Shown here piece by piece: positions 31,856 to 40,973 of a stretch of DNA of 64,000 nt (positions are counted from its first letter, which is position 1; every line of letters starts with the position of its first letter). The notes beneath the pieces were generated by a model that did no database searches, had not been told where the DNA came from, and saw only the letters and a program-made list of their open reading frames with translations. Both the position numbers and the translations under genes were made by a program. Where the stretch lies: IMG/VR virus record IMGVR_UViG_3300010167_001484, positions 150,047 through 214,046 of that record; one strand, written 5' to 3'. This stretch comes from a virus (taxonomy: Duplodnaviria > Caudoviricetes).

Positions 31856-32068
31856 ATGAAGAAAGTTGTAAAATCTGAAATTGAAATATCTGATGATATG
31901 CTTAAGCGGTTGCTTAGAGAAGTTGCTAGATTGTCTAATAAGATATTAGATGATAAAAATTATGATGAGATTTATCATATGTCTGAAGAAACACGCAAAA
32001 AAGTTAAAACTCTTTGTAATAATTTCTTGGATACTATCATATATGAACTTGAATTAGATAGAGGCTGA
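31856..32068 (+). CDS. Leader-bearing protein (MKKVVKS)
   Basis: Leader motif; tight packing. Confidence 0.65.
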   Translation: MKKVVKSEIEISDDMLKRLLREVARLSNKILDDKNYDEIYHMSEETRKKVKTLCNNFLDTIIYELELDRG

Positions 32069-32070
32069 AT

Positions 32071-32334
32071 ATGAAAAAATTAATTAAATCATCCTCTTAT
32101 CCAGGAGAAACTTCTCTGGATAAACTTTCTTATATGTTAGGAGATTTAAGTAATCATATAACCGAAGTAAATCGTATAGTAAATGATATGTATGCAATAT
32201 CCACTGAATATAGTGAATTGAATGATATATTGGATAAAAGTACAATTCCATTTATTCAAAGTATGATTGAAGATGATAGGCCTGGAAGTATTCCTAGATT
32301 ACGTCAAGCAATTAAAGATGCAAAGTATTTATAA
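32071..32334 (+). CDS. Leader-bearing protein (MKKLIKS)
   Basis: Leader motif. Confidence 0.65.
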   Translation: MKKLIKSSSYPGETSLDKLSYMLGDLSNHITEVNRIVNDMYAISTEYSELNDILDKSTIPFIQSMIEDDRPGSIPRLRQAIKDAKYL

Positions 32335-32382
32335 GACTTTGTCATATTAATGTAGTATGTTGATTGAAGAAGGAGATATAAG

Positions 32383-32754
32383 ATGAAGAAGATCATAAGA
32401 GCGTCAGATGAAGCAAAATCATACAGAAAATTAATTAAATCTTCAACTATTGAAGATGAGGATGAAGAAGATCTTGAAGCATGTGACAGTGTTATGGGTG
32501 AAGATGGTGCTGATCAGTATGTAGAAGATGATATAATGGGTGCCGAAGGTGGTGGCTCTAAAGAAGAGGCTTTTGATGAGGGTCTATCTGATTTAAAATC
32601 TGATTTTGATTATGCTATGGATGGATTAGATAAGATGGCTCGCGATGGTAATACAGATGAAGCACTTTCTCTAGTACTTGAATTTAGTTCAGGTGTTGCA
32701 GGTATAATAAGTAAAATAGTAGATGGAATATCTGGAGAAGTTACTGAAGAGTAA
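32383..32754 (+). CDS. Acidic protein with a doubled leader (MKKIIRAS...RKLIKSS)
   Basis: Two leader copies plus LEA, VMG and IMGA motifs. Confidence 0.7.
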   Translation: MKKIIRASDEAKSYRKLIKSSTIEDEDEEDLEACDSVMGEDGADQYVEDDIMGAEGGGSKEEAFDEGLSDLKSDFDYAMDGLDKMARDGNTDEALSLVLEFSSGVAGIISKIVDGISGEVTEE

Positions 32755-32765
32755 GGAGATATATT

Positions 32766-33113
32766 GTGAAGAGATTAATAAGGGCTACGTCTGTAAAAGA
32801 TTGGGATTATAAGAAAGAAAATAGCATTGTAGATCCTTCTTATCTTGAATCTCAACTTCCTAATAGTATGAGATATAAAGAGTGGCATCTTGAGCCTAAA
32901 CGTGCTGACGAATCCACAATTGTTTTTACATGGATAACACAGGGAGAAGTTACAGATGAAGGATATATGTATATAGAACATTATGCAGATCAGATAGCAG
33001 ATGATCTTAGATACTATTATGAGGATGCTAAAACATTAGAAGTTGAAATATATCAAAAGGATTATCGCAATGATAAAACTAAATGGCACACCTTTAGTCA
33101 GCCCATTAGATAG
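32766..33113 (+). CDS. Leader-bearing protein (MKRLIRA)
   Basis: GTG start after AGGAG; leader motif. Confidence 0.65.
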   Translation: MKRLIRATSVKDWDYKKENSIVDPSYLESQLPNSMRYKEWHLEPKRADESTIVFTWITQGEVTDEGYMYIEHYADQIADDLRYYYEDAKTLEVEIYQKDYRNDKTKWHTFSQPIR

Positions 33114-33121
33114 GAGATATT

Positions 33122-35593
33122 ATGAGAAAAACAATATATGGAAAAAGGAGTACACCTGAAGATTTCTTAAATGCACTTGGTGATAAGATAACTGAATTGG
33201 AAGGAGGTATAACTTCTGCTCATAGAGCTGGAGATCCTTTTGATGATGAACTAGATGATTCAGATGAAATTACACTTCATGCACATTACACTTTACCTGA
33301 AGATGTTTATATGGAGATATTAAATCTAGAGTCTGAACAATCACAATATTCTGATAAGATTAGCAAAGCTGCTCAATTAGTATCAGAATATGATAGTCAT
33401 GCTTTCAATATATGGCAAAGGAATGTTGGTGAAGTAGGTAGTCCTGCATATCAATATAAAGAACTTACGGATTTACTTGTTATGAAGTATGAAGATATGT
33501 ATGGAGTACCAGATATAACTGCTGCAACAAATGTGAATACATCTACTAAGCGAATTATTCGTGCTACTAAGAAGGGTTCGCCTCAAGATTTTGAAGAAGC
33601 ACTTCATAGTCGTATATCTGAACTTGAGGGTGGAGTTCAATCTGCAGAATATGTAGAAGGTGTATTTCTTGATCAAAATGATGCGTATAATGCAAGTACA
33701 GGTCAATGGGATGATTATGAATCCGAAGAGCGAGGAGATAATTTCGAATATAAAGGATTCAATGTTCATAGAGATTGTTGGGATGGTGATGGTGAAACTG
33801 GTCCACAAGCCCCTCAAATATATTTTGAAATATATGGTCCTGAAGGTAATGATTATACAAATGAGGTAAATTTATCAGCATATTATGATGATAATAGTAT
33901 AACTGGATATAATTTTGATATATTCAAAGATGATGAAGTTAAACGTGTAATTGATGAACTTATATCAAATGGATATAGTTATGAAGAAGTATGTCCTAAC
34001 TGTCATGGTGGAGGTTGTCCAGATTGTATAGGATTAGATGATATAGATTCATCTGTGAAAGCCTCATCTGGTGGAGATATAGATCATATAACTGAAGACG
34101 ATATTCAGTTATGGATAGATGATGAATTGAATGCACTTGAAGATGATGATTGGGAAGGTTTACAGGATGTTATATGGGCTTGTCCAGATAGTGTTCTTGA
34201 GGATGATCTTCAACTTATGTATGATAGTTGTTTACATGATGGTGATTTTGATGATTGTGTATCATCCTTAGATGGTATTGCAAGTGATTATATAGATAAT
34301 TATATTACCTCTAGTGCAGATATAAATGATAAAATTCAAGGTCCTCAAACAAATGAAGATTTAGTTGGACTTGCAACAAAATATGGTTTGAATTATGATT
34401 ACGATGAAGCTGGTAATCTCATTGTATTTGATGAAACATATGATCTCAATCTTGCAGGATTAGAAGATGGTTACGGCCCTAATATAGATGCTTTCTTTGA
34501 TGAAGCAAGTCAGAACCCTTCATTCCATTATGAAGATTATGATGGTGAATTCGGTGTAGGATTCAAGGGAATAAGAGGTATAGCAGATGTGATGGGTGCT
34601 GATACATCTAATATTAATTACAATGTAGGTGATTTGTTTGAATTGACAGATACATCTCATCCTTATACTTTCGAGATATTGGAAATAACTGATGAACATG
34701 TTCAAATACAAAACTTCACCACAGGAGTTACACCTAGCCCTATATCTAAAGATGAATTTGATTCAAGATGGGGCTCAGGATATTATACTTATACTGGTAA
34801 TAAGGATACCGCATATGGTCCTATAGAATCTAGTGAATCCATATATGGTACAGGTGAAGGCGAAGTTGTTTTAAATAATACAAATACAGATGCAGAAGGT
34901 ATTCTAGCAGCTGATTTACTTAATGATAAAGATTATGTTGAAAGACTTGCATCTGAAACCGTTGATTGGGTCGCAAATTTTGGATATCAAGCAGGGTATC
35001 AAATACAGCCAGATGAAAATTATTTATACTTTGAAGTATTTGATGTAGATGATGTAGTTATACATGAATATCTTCAATCTATAGCTGATATTGAACCAAT
35101 TGAAGCCGATCTTTTTGATGATTCTAGAAAACTTGCAGAAGCTATAATGGAGGGTATACCTGGTTGGGAAGATAATATTGCTAATGATGAGGGTCTAGCA
35201 CTTGATCGTTCAGAATCTGGTTATGATAAATTTGGTATGCCTTTTGACGGAGTCGAAAGTTCTCAAGAAATTGTAGCAGATGATTATCCTGTTGAAGATG
35301 AATTCAATTCTGCAGTTCAAAGACCTAAGAAATTTAGAAAGTATGAAGCATTTCTTGATGAGTTAACAGCTATAGCATTTGATTGTGTAGATGTTGATGG
35401 TCTCAATTTTGAAAGTACTGCAGTTGATTGGCTTAGTAGTGAATTAAATAATCGTGATTTAGCTGAAAAATATGTCCGTCGTTTCATTAAAGAGAATGAT
35501 ATGGAGAATTCAGATACTGACTATGATATTGGAACTGATCATTATGGTGAACCTGAAATTCCTTATACTCCTCCTAACAGATATAGATATTAG
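33122..35593 (+). CDS. Large, very acidic modular protein; candidate processed internal-head polyprotein
   Basis: Duplicated P(E/Q)DF..AL...I.ELEGG(I/V)xSA module, internal KRIIRAT leader, more than 10 [IV]-x-[ASG] motifs. Confidence 0.7.
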   Translation: MRKTIYGKRSTPEDFLNALGDKITELEGGITSAHRAGDPFDDELDDSDEITLHAHYTLPEDVYMEILNLESEQSQYSDKISKAAQLVSEYDSHAFNIWQRNVGEVGSPAYQYKELTDLLVMKYEDMYGVPDITAATNVNTSTKRIIRATKKGSPQDFEEALHSRISELEGGVQSAEYVEGVFLDQNDAYNASTGQWDDYESEERGDNFEYKGFNVHRDCWDGDGETGPQAPQIYFEIYGPEGNDYTNEVNLSAYYDDNSITGYNFDIFKDDEVKRVIDELISNGYSYEEVCPNCHGGGCPDCIGLDDIDSSVKASSGGDIDHITEDDIQLWIDDELNALEDDDWEGLQDVIWACPDSVLEDDLQLMYDSCLHDGDFDDCVSSLDGIASDYIDNYITSSADINDKIQGPQTNEDLVGLATKYGLNYDYDEAGNLIVFDETYDLNLAGLEDGYGPNIDAFFDEASQNPSFHYEDYDGEFGVGFKGIRGIADVMGADTSNINYNVGDLFELTDTSHPYTFEILEITDEHVQIQNFTTGVTPSPISKDEFDSRWGSGYYTYTGNKDTAYGPIESSESIYGTGEGEVVLNNTNTDAEGILAADLLNDKDYVERLASETVDWVANFGYQAGYQIQPDENYLYFEVFDVDDVVIHEYLQSIADIEPIEADLFDDSRKLAEAIMEGIPGWEDNIANDEGLALDRSESGYDKFGMPFDGVESSQEIVADDYPVEDEFNSAVQRPKKFRKYEAFLDELTAIAFDCVDVDGLNFESTAVDWLSSELNNRDLAEKYVRRFIKENDMENSDTDYDIGTDHYGEPEIPYTPPNRYRY

Positions 35594-35607
35594 AAAGAAG
35601 CTAGATT

Positions 35608-36291
35608 ATGAAGGTATTGGTTAGAGCTGCAGTAGAAGATAATGATGATTATAGACAAGATGAATCTATTGAATCTAGATTAAATGATATTTATTTAATC
35701 TTCAATGATAAGCCTAATAAAGCTCTAGAAGCTAAATGGGAGAAAGCTTGGGATCTGTATGAATCTTGGCAAAGACACGGTGATGATAATGATTTACAAG
35801 CTGTTATTTCAATAATTTCAAAGGTAGAAAAGTCTAAGAAACAAACTGAGAGAGTTATCAAGAAAAAACGAGAGGCTGATCCTAATCATCCTGTAGATAC
35901 AATAGAATATATAGGTGATTTCTTCTATGATGGTAAGCATCTAACATTTAGGACTTTTGGTGCTTCTTATAGCTATCAGAATACTTATATATTACGTAAT
36001 GGTACTAAGATTGATATACCTGCTGCAAAAGATGCGATATCTAATGGAAATATTAGTGGGGACTATTTTCAAAAAGATGATAAGGTTGCCGAAGTATTGG
36101 AATCTATTGGATGGTTTTCACGTGAAAATTTAATCAAAGAATTTGCAAAACAATATCAAGGTTGGAGCAAAGAAGAGTTAGTTACAGAATTGAAGAGTAG
36201 AGATTCTAATAGATATAAGAAAGCAGAAGATTATAGTTCTACAGTTATTAGAGAGTGGTTAGCAGAATGTGATATAGGGAGTCAATGGTAA
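35608..36291 (+). CDS. Leader-bearing protein (MKVLVRA)
   Basis: Leader motif. Confidence 0.65.
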   Translation: MKVLVRAAVEDNDDYRQDESIESRLNDIYLIFNDKPNKALEAKWEKAWDLYESWQRHGDDNDLQAVISIISKVEKSKKQTERVIKKKREADPNHPVDTIEYIGDFFYDGKHLTFRTFGASYSYQNTYILRNGTKIDIPAAKDAISNGNISGDYFQKDDKVAEVLESIGWFSRENLIKEFAKQYQGWSKEELVTELKSRDSNRYKKAEDYSSTVIREWLAECDIGSQW

Positions 36292-36295
36292 TATA

Positions 36296-36592
36296 ATGAA
36301 ACGTGTTATTAGATCTGCATGGAAATCATCTTGGAATGATAAATTTGATGAAAATATTGCTGGTTCAATAATTCCAATTGAAGTAGCTCAAGAAATTGAT
36401 GATGCTGGTGGATATATAACACAAGAGAATAATCATACTTTTATTAGTTGTTCAAATGATGTGAATATCTTTAGATTATTAGATGATGCAGATATTGAAT
36501 ATTCTTGGAAACATGATTCTAGAGGTGATTTCAATTATAAAGATATGCCAGGATTTTATGATATAATAATTACAATTGATAATAATCAATAA
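36296..36592 (+). CDS. Leader-bearing protein (MKRVIRS)
   Basis: Leader motif. Confidence 0.65.
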   Translation: MKRVIRSAWKSSWNDKFDENIAGSIIPIEVAQEIDDAGGYITQENNHTFISCSNDVNIFRLLDDADIEYSWKHDSRGDFNYKDMPGFYDIIITIDNNQ

Positions 36593-36619
36593 ATACATTT
36601 TAAGGTAAGGTGAAGTAGT

Positions 36620-37756
36620 ATGAAAATATTGATAAAAGCTTCAGATAATAAATATAATGCAGGTCCATATAAATATATAACGACACATGGTATAGGTCCA
36701 GGCACATTACCTAAAGATGTTGAACTTGTTAAGGTTGTAGATCTTCCGAATTTTAGGTGTGAATTATATCTGGATAGACCTTTGACATCTGAAGAGCTTG
36801 ATTATTATGATATTCGTAGTGAAACAGGTGAAAGAGGTGGAGTCCAAGCATCTATTGGACTAAATACTGCGTTGAATGCAGCAATTAGAGCTATAACCTG
36901 TGATGATGACGATTATCGTTATAAAATTATGAATAAACTTGCAAGAGGTACTTATAAAATTCCTGAGGATATCTCCAGAAGAATTCATGATATCGTAGAT
37001 AGTTGTGATTCAATGCCTGATGAGTCTAATAATTATCACGGAGATTGTGTAGATAAATTGAAAAATATGATGGAAAATTCTGTTGAAGCGAGTCAACAAT
37101 ATATAAAATCAGATGAAACTTCTGATATAGTAGGGGATAGATATACTGGATCTGGTCTATATTCAGATAGGACTTGGAAAATATTGCCTGTAGATTTATT
37201 TAAAAGATTAGCGGAAGCTTTAGCTGATCCTCAAATTGTTGAAACTAAACCTAAGCACCCAAATCGAAGTGATCTGTATAAGAATAGATTTGAAGCATTT
37301 TCTAAAATAATTAATCTTCCAGAAGAATTCACCTCTGAAATTACTCAAACTTGGGATAGTGGATCACCTAGTGTTAAGATTAGTATAAAGTATGAAGATC
37401 AATCTGCTGGATATACTTATGAAGGGATTAGCCGTGAAGGTGAAGCAGGTATTAAAGATGCTATAAGTGTTATATATGAACGTATGTTAAGATACAGCGA
37501 ACCTGGTTTATTAGACGAAGATTCTGTAGAGCGTTGGATAATAGTTGACAAAGATGGTAAACAGACGTCTGATAAAGAATTTATCAGTGAAGAATCTGCT
37601 AACCAATGGAAAGAAGATGCAATCAGAACATGTTTACCTAACTTCAAATTGTCTTACTTATCAGAATATTATAATAGAGTTGTAAAAACATCTGATTCTA
37701 CTGTCAAAAGTTCTGTAGATATCGATGATAGTATGCATGTGGGGGTTACTTTATGA
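36620..37756 (+). CDS. Leader-bearing multidomain protein with an N-terminal DarA C-terminal-like domain
   Basis: MKILIKAS; HGIGPGTLPK...LDRPLTSEELDYYDI resembles the DarA_C pattern; VQAS and VEAS motifs separate domains. Confidence 0.65.
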   Translation: MKILIKASDNKYNAGPYKYITTHGIGPGTLPKDVELVKVVDLPNFRCELYLDRPLTSEELDYYDIRSETGERGGVQASIGLNTALNAAIRAITCDDDDYRYKIMNKLARGTYKIPEDISRRIHDIVDSCDSMPDESNNYHGDCVDKLKNMMENSVEASQQYIKSDETSDIVGDRYTGSGLYSDRTWKILPVDLFKRLAEALADPQIVETKPKHPNRSDLYKNRFEAFSKIINLPEEFTSEITQTWDSGSPSVKISIKYEDQSAGYTYEGISREGEAGIKDAISVIYERMLRYSEPGLLDEDSVERWIIVDKDGKQTSDKEFISEESANQWKEDAIRTCLPNFKLSYLSEYYNRVVKTSDSTVKSSVDIDDSMHVGVTL

Positions 37757-38445
37757 AAAGATTAGTCAGGACATCTAATGAAATTTTAGGAGTATCTGGA
37801 ACAATTCGTAGTCAGATTGTATCTAGAATAAGAGAAAGATTATCTTCTGAGCTTGAAGGTAAATTCAAACTTGCGGATATAGATTGTTATGACGATTACT
37901 TCTATTGTAAAGTCATATATTATATTCCTGGTGTTAAAGATGAATTTGTAAATAAATCAATATCAATTGAATGGGATGATAATAATTCCTCTGATACTAT
38001 TGATATGATTGATATTGAAGTTGATGCTGTAGTAGAATATTTTAATACTAAGTCTGGAGAAATTTCAGCTAGATATGATAAATATGCTAAAATTAATCCT
38101 CGTACAGAGAAAGCTATTGAAGATAGATTCCGTCTGCATAAAACTTTCAAAGAAGAGGATGAAGCGGTAGATGCTGCAATAAATATATTATCTAAATTCA
38201 ATTTTGAAGTTGATATTTCTTCTAGAAAAGAACGGGAAGAATTAGATAAAGGTATTGAGCCTAGTTCCTATGAACAGAGGATAAATTATGATGTATATCA
38301 TAATGATAAGTTAGTTAATGGAGGATTACAAGTTAAGAGATGTTTCCGGGATAAAGAGATGCCTTCGTTAAGTTGGGCTGTTAATGGGGCACCTTTCAAT
38401 TATTATCTTATACAAATGTATATGTTTGATAAAGCTTATAGATGA
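37753..38445 (+). CDS. Leader-bearing protein (MKRLVRTS)
   Basis: Leader motif; ATGA overlap with the previous stop. Confidence 0.65.
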   Translation: MKRLVRTSNEILGVSGTIRSQIVSRIRERLSSELEGKFKLADIDCYDDYFYCKVIYYIPGVKDEFVNKSISIEWDDNNSSDTIDMIDIEVDAVVEYFNTKSGEISARYDKYAKINPRTEKAIEDRFRLHKTFKEEDEAVDAAINILSKFNFEVDISSRKEREELDKGIEPSSYEQRINYDVYHNDKLVNGGLQVKRCFRDKEMPSLSWAVNGAPFNYYLIQMYMFDKAYR

Positions 38446-38459
38446 TGAGAGATGTTTTA

Positions 38460-38693
38460 ATGAAAAGATTAATACGTGCAGATAATAATATTTCACCTTA
38501 TAGTGTAGGTGATAGAGTTTCTTATGATGCTAATATAAGAGGAGTTACACCAAGATTAGGTGAGGGTGAAATTGTTAAAGTAAGTAGAGGTTATGCTACA
38601 AGTGGTCATTCTACATCTTGGGAATATTCTATAAAAGAAGACGATGGTCATATATGGGTAGCTGATGAACTTATGATAATAGACAAATTATAA
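38460..38693 (+). CDS. Leader-bearing small SH3/KOW-like protein (MKRLIRA)
   Basis: Start reassigned to the ATG at 38460; YSVGDRV...GEIVKV beta-barrel pattern. Confidence 0.6.
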   Translation: MKRLIRADNNISPYSVGDRVSYDANIRGVTPRLGEGEIVKVSRGYATSGHSTSWEYSIKEDDGHIWVADELMIIDKL

Positions 38694-38719
38694 TTTATAG
38701 GAATTGTGAGATTAGAATT

Positions 38720-39040
38720 ATGAAAAAATTAATTCGAGCTAGTGCAGATTATCGTAAATGTAGTAGATGTAGAGATTTATTACATATGGAGGAATTCGAT
38801 GGAGATAATCAAATATGTAACAGATGTATTGATTTACCTGATATAGAGGATGCCCCTGAATTAAGAATGTGTCAATATTGTCATAAAGAATTTCCTAAAG
38901 AAGATATGACTTGGACTATTGACTGTCAAGGTATAAATTACAGATATGTTGATGATAGTTGTTATGATAAATTGATGGCTAAAGGGTATGATGGGCAATA
39001 TTACGATGAGCGAGATGAAAATCTTGATTATGACTATTGA
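38720..39040 (+). CDS. Leader-bearing zinc-finger protein (MKKLIRAS)
   Basis: CSRC, CNRC and CQYC motifs. Confidence 0.65.
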   Translation: MKKLIRASADYRKCSRCRDLLHMEEFDGDNQICNRCIDLPDIEDAPELRMCQYCHKEFPKEDMTWTIDCQGINYRYVDDSCYDKLMAKGYDGQYYDERDENLDYDY

Positions 39041-39062
39041 TATATGTGAAATGAGGTAAATT

Positions 39063-39302
39063 ATGAAATTAGTTATTAAAGCAAATGCAGGTATCTCAGC
39101 TAATGGTAGATATTATGATTTGATAGATGATAATACTCAAACTGAATCTATAAGAATATTACGTGATGAGGGCTATTCTAATAATGAGATATTTGATGGA
39201 ATAGTTAATTATGAAGGTGGATTAGCATCTGGTTGGGAAATACGTAATCTGATTGAAAGCGTATATAATGTCAAAGTTGATATAATTGCTATGAAGAGTT
39301 AA
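39063..39302 (+). CDS. Leader-bearing protein (MKLVIKA)
   Basis: GAGGT RBS; leader motif. Confidence 0.6.
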   Translation: MKLVIKANAGISANGRYYDLIDDNTQTESIRILRDEGYSNNEIFDGIVNYEGGLASGWEIRNLIESVYNVKVDIIAMKS

Positions 39303-39316
39303 TATAGAATTTTGGG

Positions 39317-39796
39317 TTGATAAATATGCTAGATAATAGTCTCGGTAAAAAAGCAGAAAAGAAAATTAAAGAATGGTTAGATATACCTGAAGATGGTTAT
39401 TGTTTCGATCGTCTAAAGGATCAACAAACAGGTTTCTATGGTTCTAAGAATATATGTGATTTTACATTATTTAAATCACCATATTTTTATTATATAGAAT
39501 CTAAAAGTACTTGGGAGAATCGTATAGATTTCAGTGTGATAAGTGATTATCAATATGATAACCTTCTTAGAAAATCTAAGATAGAGAATGTATACGGTGT
39601 TGTTATAGTGTTATTTGCCACAGAGAAAAGGGCTTTTATTCTAGATATACAGGATATACATAAGGTTAAACAAGAAGGAACCAAATCATTGAATATCACA
39701 AAAATAGATAAGTGGTCAATTAAATATAGAGAAATACAAACAATACCAAATAATCGTAAAGAATTATTAGATTATATAGGTGAATTTGAGGTATGA
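39317..39796 (+). CDS. recU: RecU-like Holliday junction resolvase (PD-(D/E)xK nuclease)
   Basis: E near the N-terminus, CDF, IESKST and the Q...L motif of RecU. Confidence 0.8.
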   Translation: MINMLDNSLGKKAEKKIKEWLDIPEDGYCFDRLKDQQTGFYGSKNICDFTLFKSPYFYYIESKSTWENRIDFSVISDYQYDNLLRKSKIENVYGVVIVLFATEKRAFILDIQDIHKVKQEGTKSLNITKIDKWSIKYREIQTIPNNRKELLDYIGEFEV

Positions 39797-40011
39797 AGAG
39801 ATTAATTAGGGCATCTAAGACGATAGATCTTGAAGCTCAAGATGTTAAGCCTGGAGATCAATTGATTTTAGATAATCCGAGTGATGTAGAAGAGGTTATA
39901 GAATCTTTCACCAAAAATTCTAATAAGGGTTTAGAAACTACAATAATCACTTCTGGTAATATATATCATACATATGATTGTAATACATATGTATCAGTGA
40001 TACGAACTTAA
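39793..40011 (+). CDS. Leader-bearing protein (MKRLIRAS)
   Basis: Leader motif. Confidence 0.65.
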   Translation: MKRLIRASKTIDLEAQDVKPGDQLILDNPSDVEEVIESFTKNSNKGLETTIITSGNIYHTYDCNTYVSVIRT

Positions 40012-40031
40012 ACAGAAAGGGAATTCATATT

Positions 40032-40367
40032 ATGAAAAAATTAATTAAAACAGCTGAAGAGTTGAATCCTGTATTTAATCAGTTAGCTGATTCGGCAATT
40101 GCTGCTGGATATGATTTAAATGTTGATGGTCATGATATTATATTGACAACTGATAATGAGATGTTTCCAACTCTCGATGTTATATCTGAACCCTTTAAAG
40201 ATGGTTTCACATATGATGTTACTATGTCATTTCCTGTGTTGAATGCAGATAATATGGAATATGTTGATTCAGCTGAATATTATATAAAATTGTGGTTACA
40301 GATTGCAAAATTTGTTACACAAATACATAAATTTACATATTCTGAAACTGAGGAATCTGAAATATGA
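40032..40367 (+). CDS. Leader-bearing protein (MKKLIKTA)
   Basis: Leader motif. Confidence 0.65.
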   Translation: MKKLIKTAEELNPVFNQLADSAIAAGYDLNVDGHDIILTTDNEMFPTLDVISEPFKDGFTYDVTMSFPVLNADNMEYVDSAEYYIKLWLQIAKFVTQIHKFTYSETEESEI

Positions 40368-40561
40368 AGATATTTGTTAAAGCTAGTATGAAAAGTCGTT
40401 CAGGTGTATTCTTCAGATTAGATACCAGATTACAAGGATTTTTAACAGATCTGGAATATCTCAAACATCTATTTGATGAAGGAGAACTCACAGAAGAGGA
40501 TGCATATGAAATATTGAATTTAATCCAAGGTGCACATACTCAAATTCAAGAATATGTATAA
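40364..40561 (+). CDS. Leader-bearing protein (MKIFVKAS)
   Basis: Leader motif; overlaps the previous stop. Confidence 0.6.
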   Translation: MKIFVKASMKSRSGVFFRLDTRLQGFLTDLEYLKHLFDEGELTEEDAYEILNLIQGAHTQIQEYV

Positions 40562-40584
40562 ATAGAATATAGTATAAGAATATC

Positions 40585-40628
40585 TATTATAACCTTTTAT
40601 AGTTCTGTAAAGGGTTATAATAATTTTT
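40585..40628 (+). terminator. Hairpin terminator that overlaps an AACCTTTTATA motif
   Basis: TATTATAACCTTTTATAG / CTGTAAAGGGTTATAATA followed by ATTTTT. Confidence 0.55.
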
Positions 40629-40656
40629 GTAAATTATTAGGAAAGTAGTTACTATA

Positions 40657-40971
40657 ATAAAGAAATTAATTAAATCTGCATCAGCCAGTACATATCAAGG
40701 AACAATATCAATTAATACTGGTAATATCATGTCTGCTATGGAGAAGTTGTATGAATTTAGTGAGGATAATGTTAATTTAAGTGATGAATATGCATTTTTG
40801 ACAAGACAAGAACAAGTTGAATTATTTTCTATGTGTGCAAATGCGTCACAAGATATATATGATTTAGTCATTAAATTGAATAATGAGATTTATGACTATC
40901 TTAATGGGAAATACCAACAAAGTGATGAACATGATGATTCTTTAAATTTTAAACTTATGGGAGATCTATAA
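40657..40971 (+). CDS. Leader-bearing protein with a probable ATA start ((M)KKLIKSASAS)
   Basis: The 24 in-frame codons upstream of the track start (40729) begin ATA AAG AAA TTA ATT AAA TCT GCA. Confidence 0.55.
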   Translation: MKKLIKSASASTYQGTISINTGNIMSAMEKLYEFSEDNVNLSDEYAFLTRQEQVELFSMCANASQDIYDLVIKLNNEIYDYLNGKYQQSDEHDDSLNFKLMGDL

Positions 40972-40973
40972 TT

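Noticed and set aside
30599-40561. MKK/MKR N-termini as Sec or lipoprotein signal peptides
   Set aside because: No hydrophobic h-region or lipobox follows; charged residues start right after position 7-8. Contrast 63752 (MKRLLGILLILILVG), a genuine membrane segment, which I excluded from the leader set.
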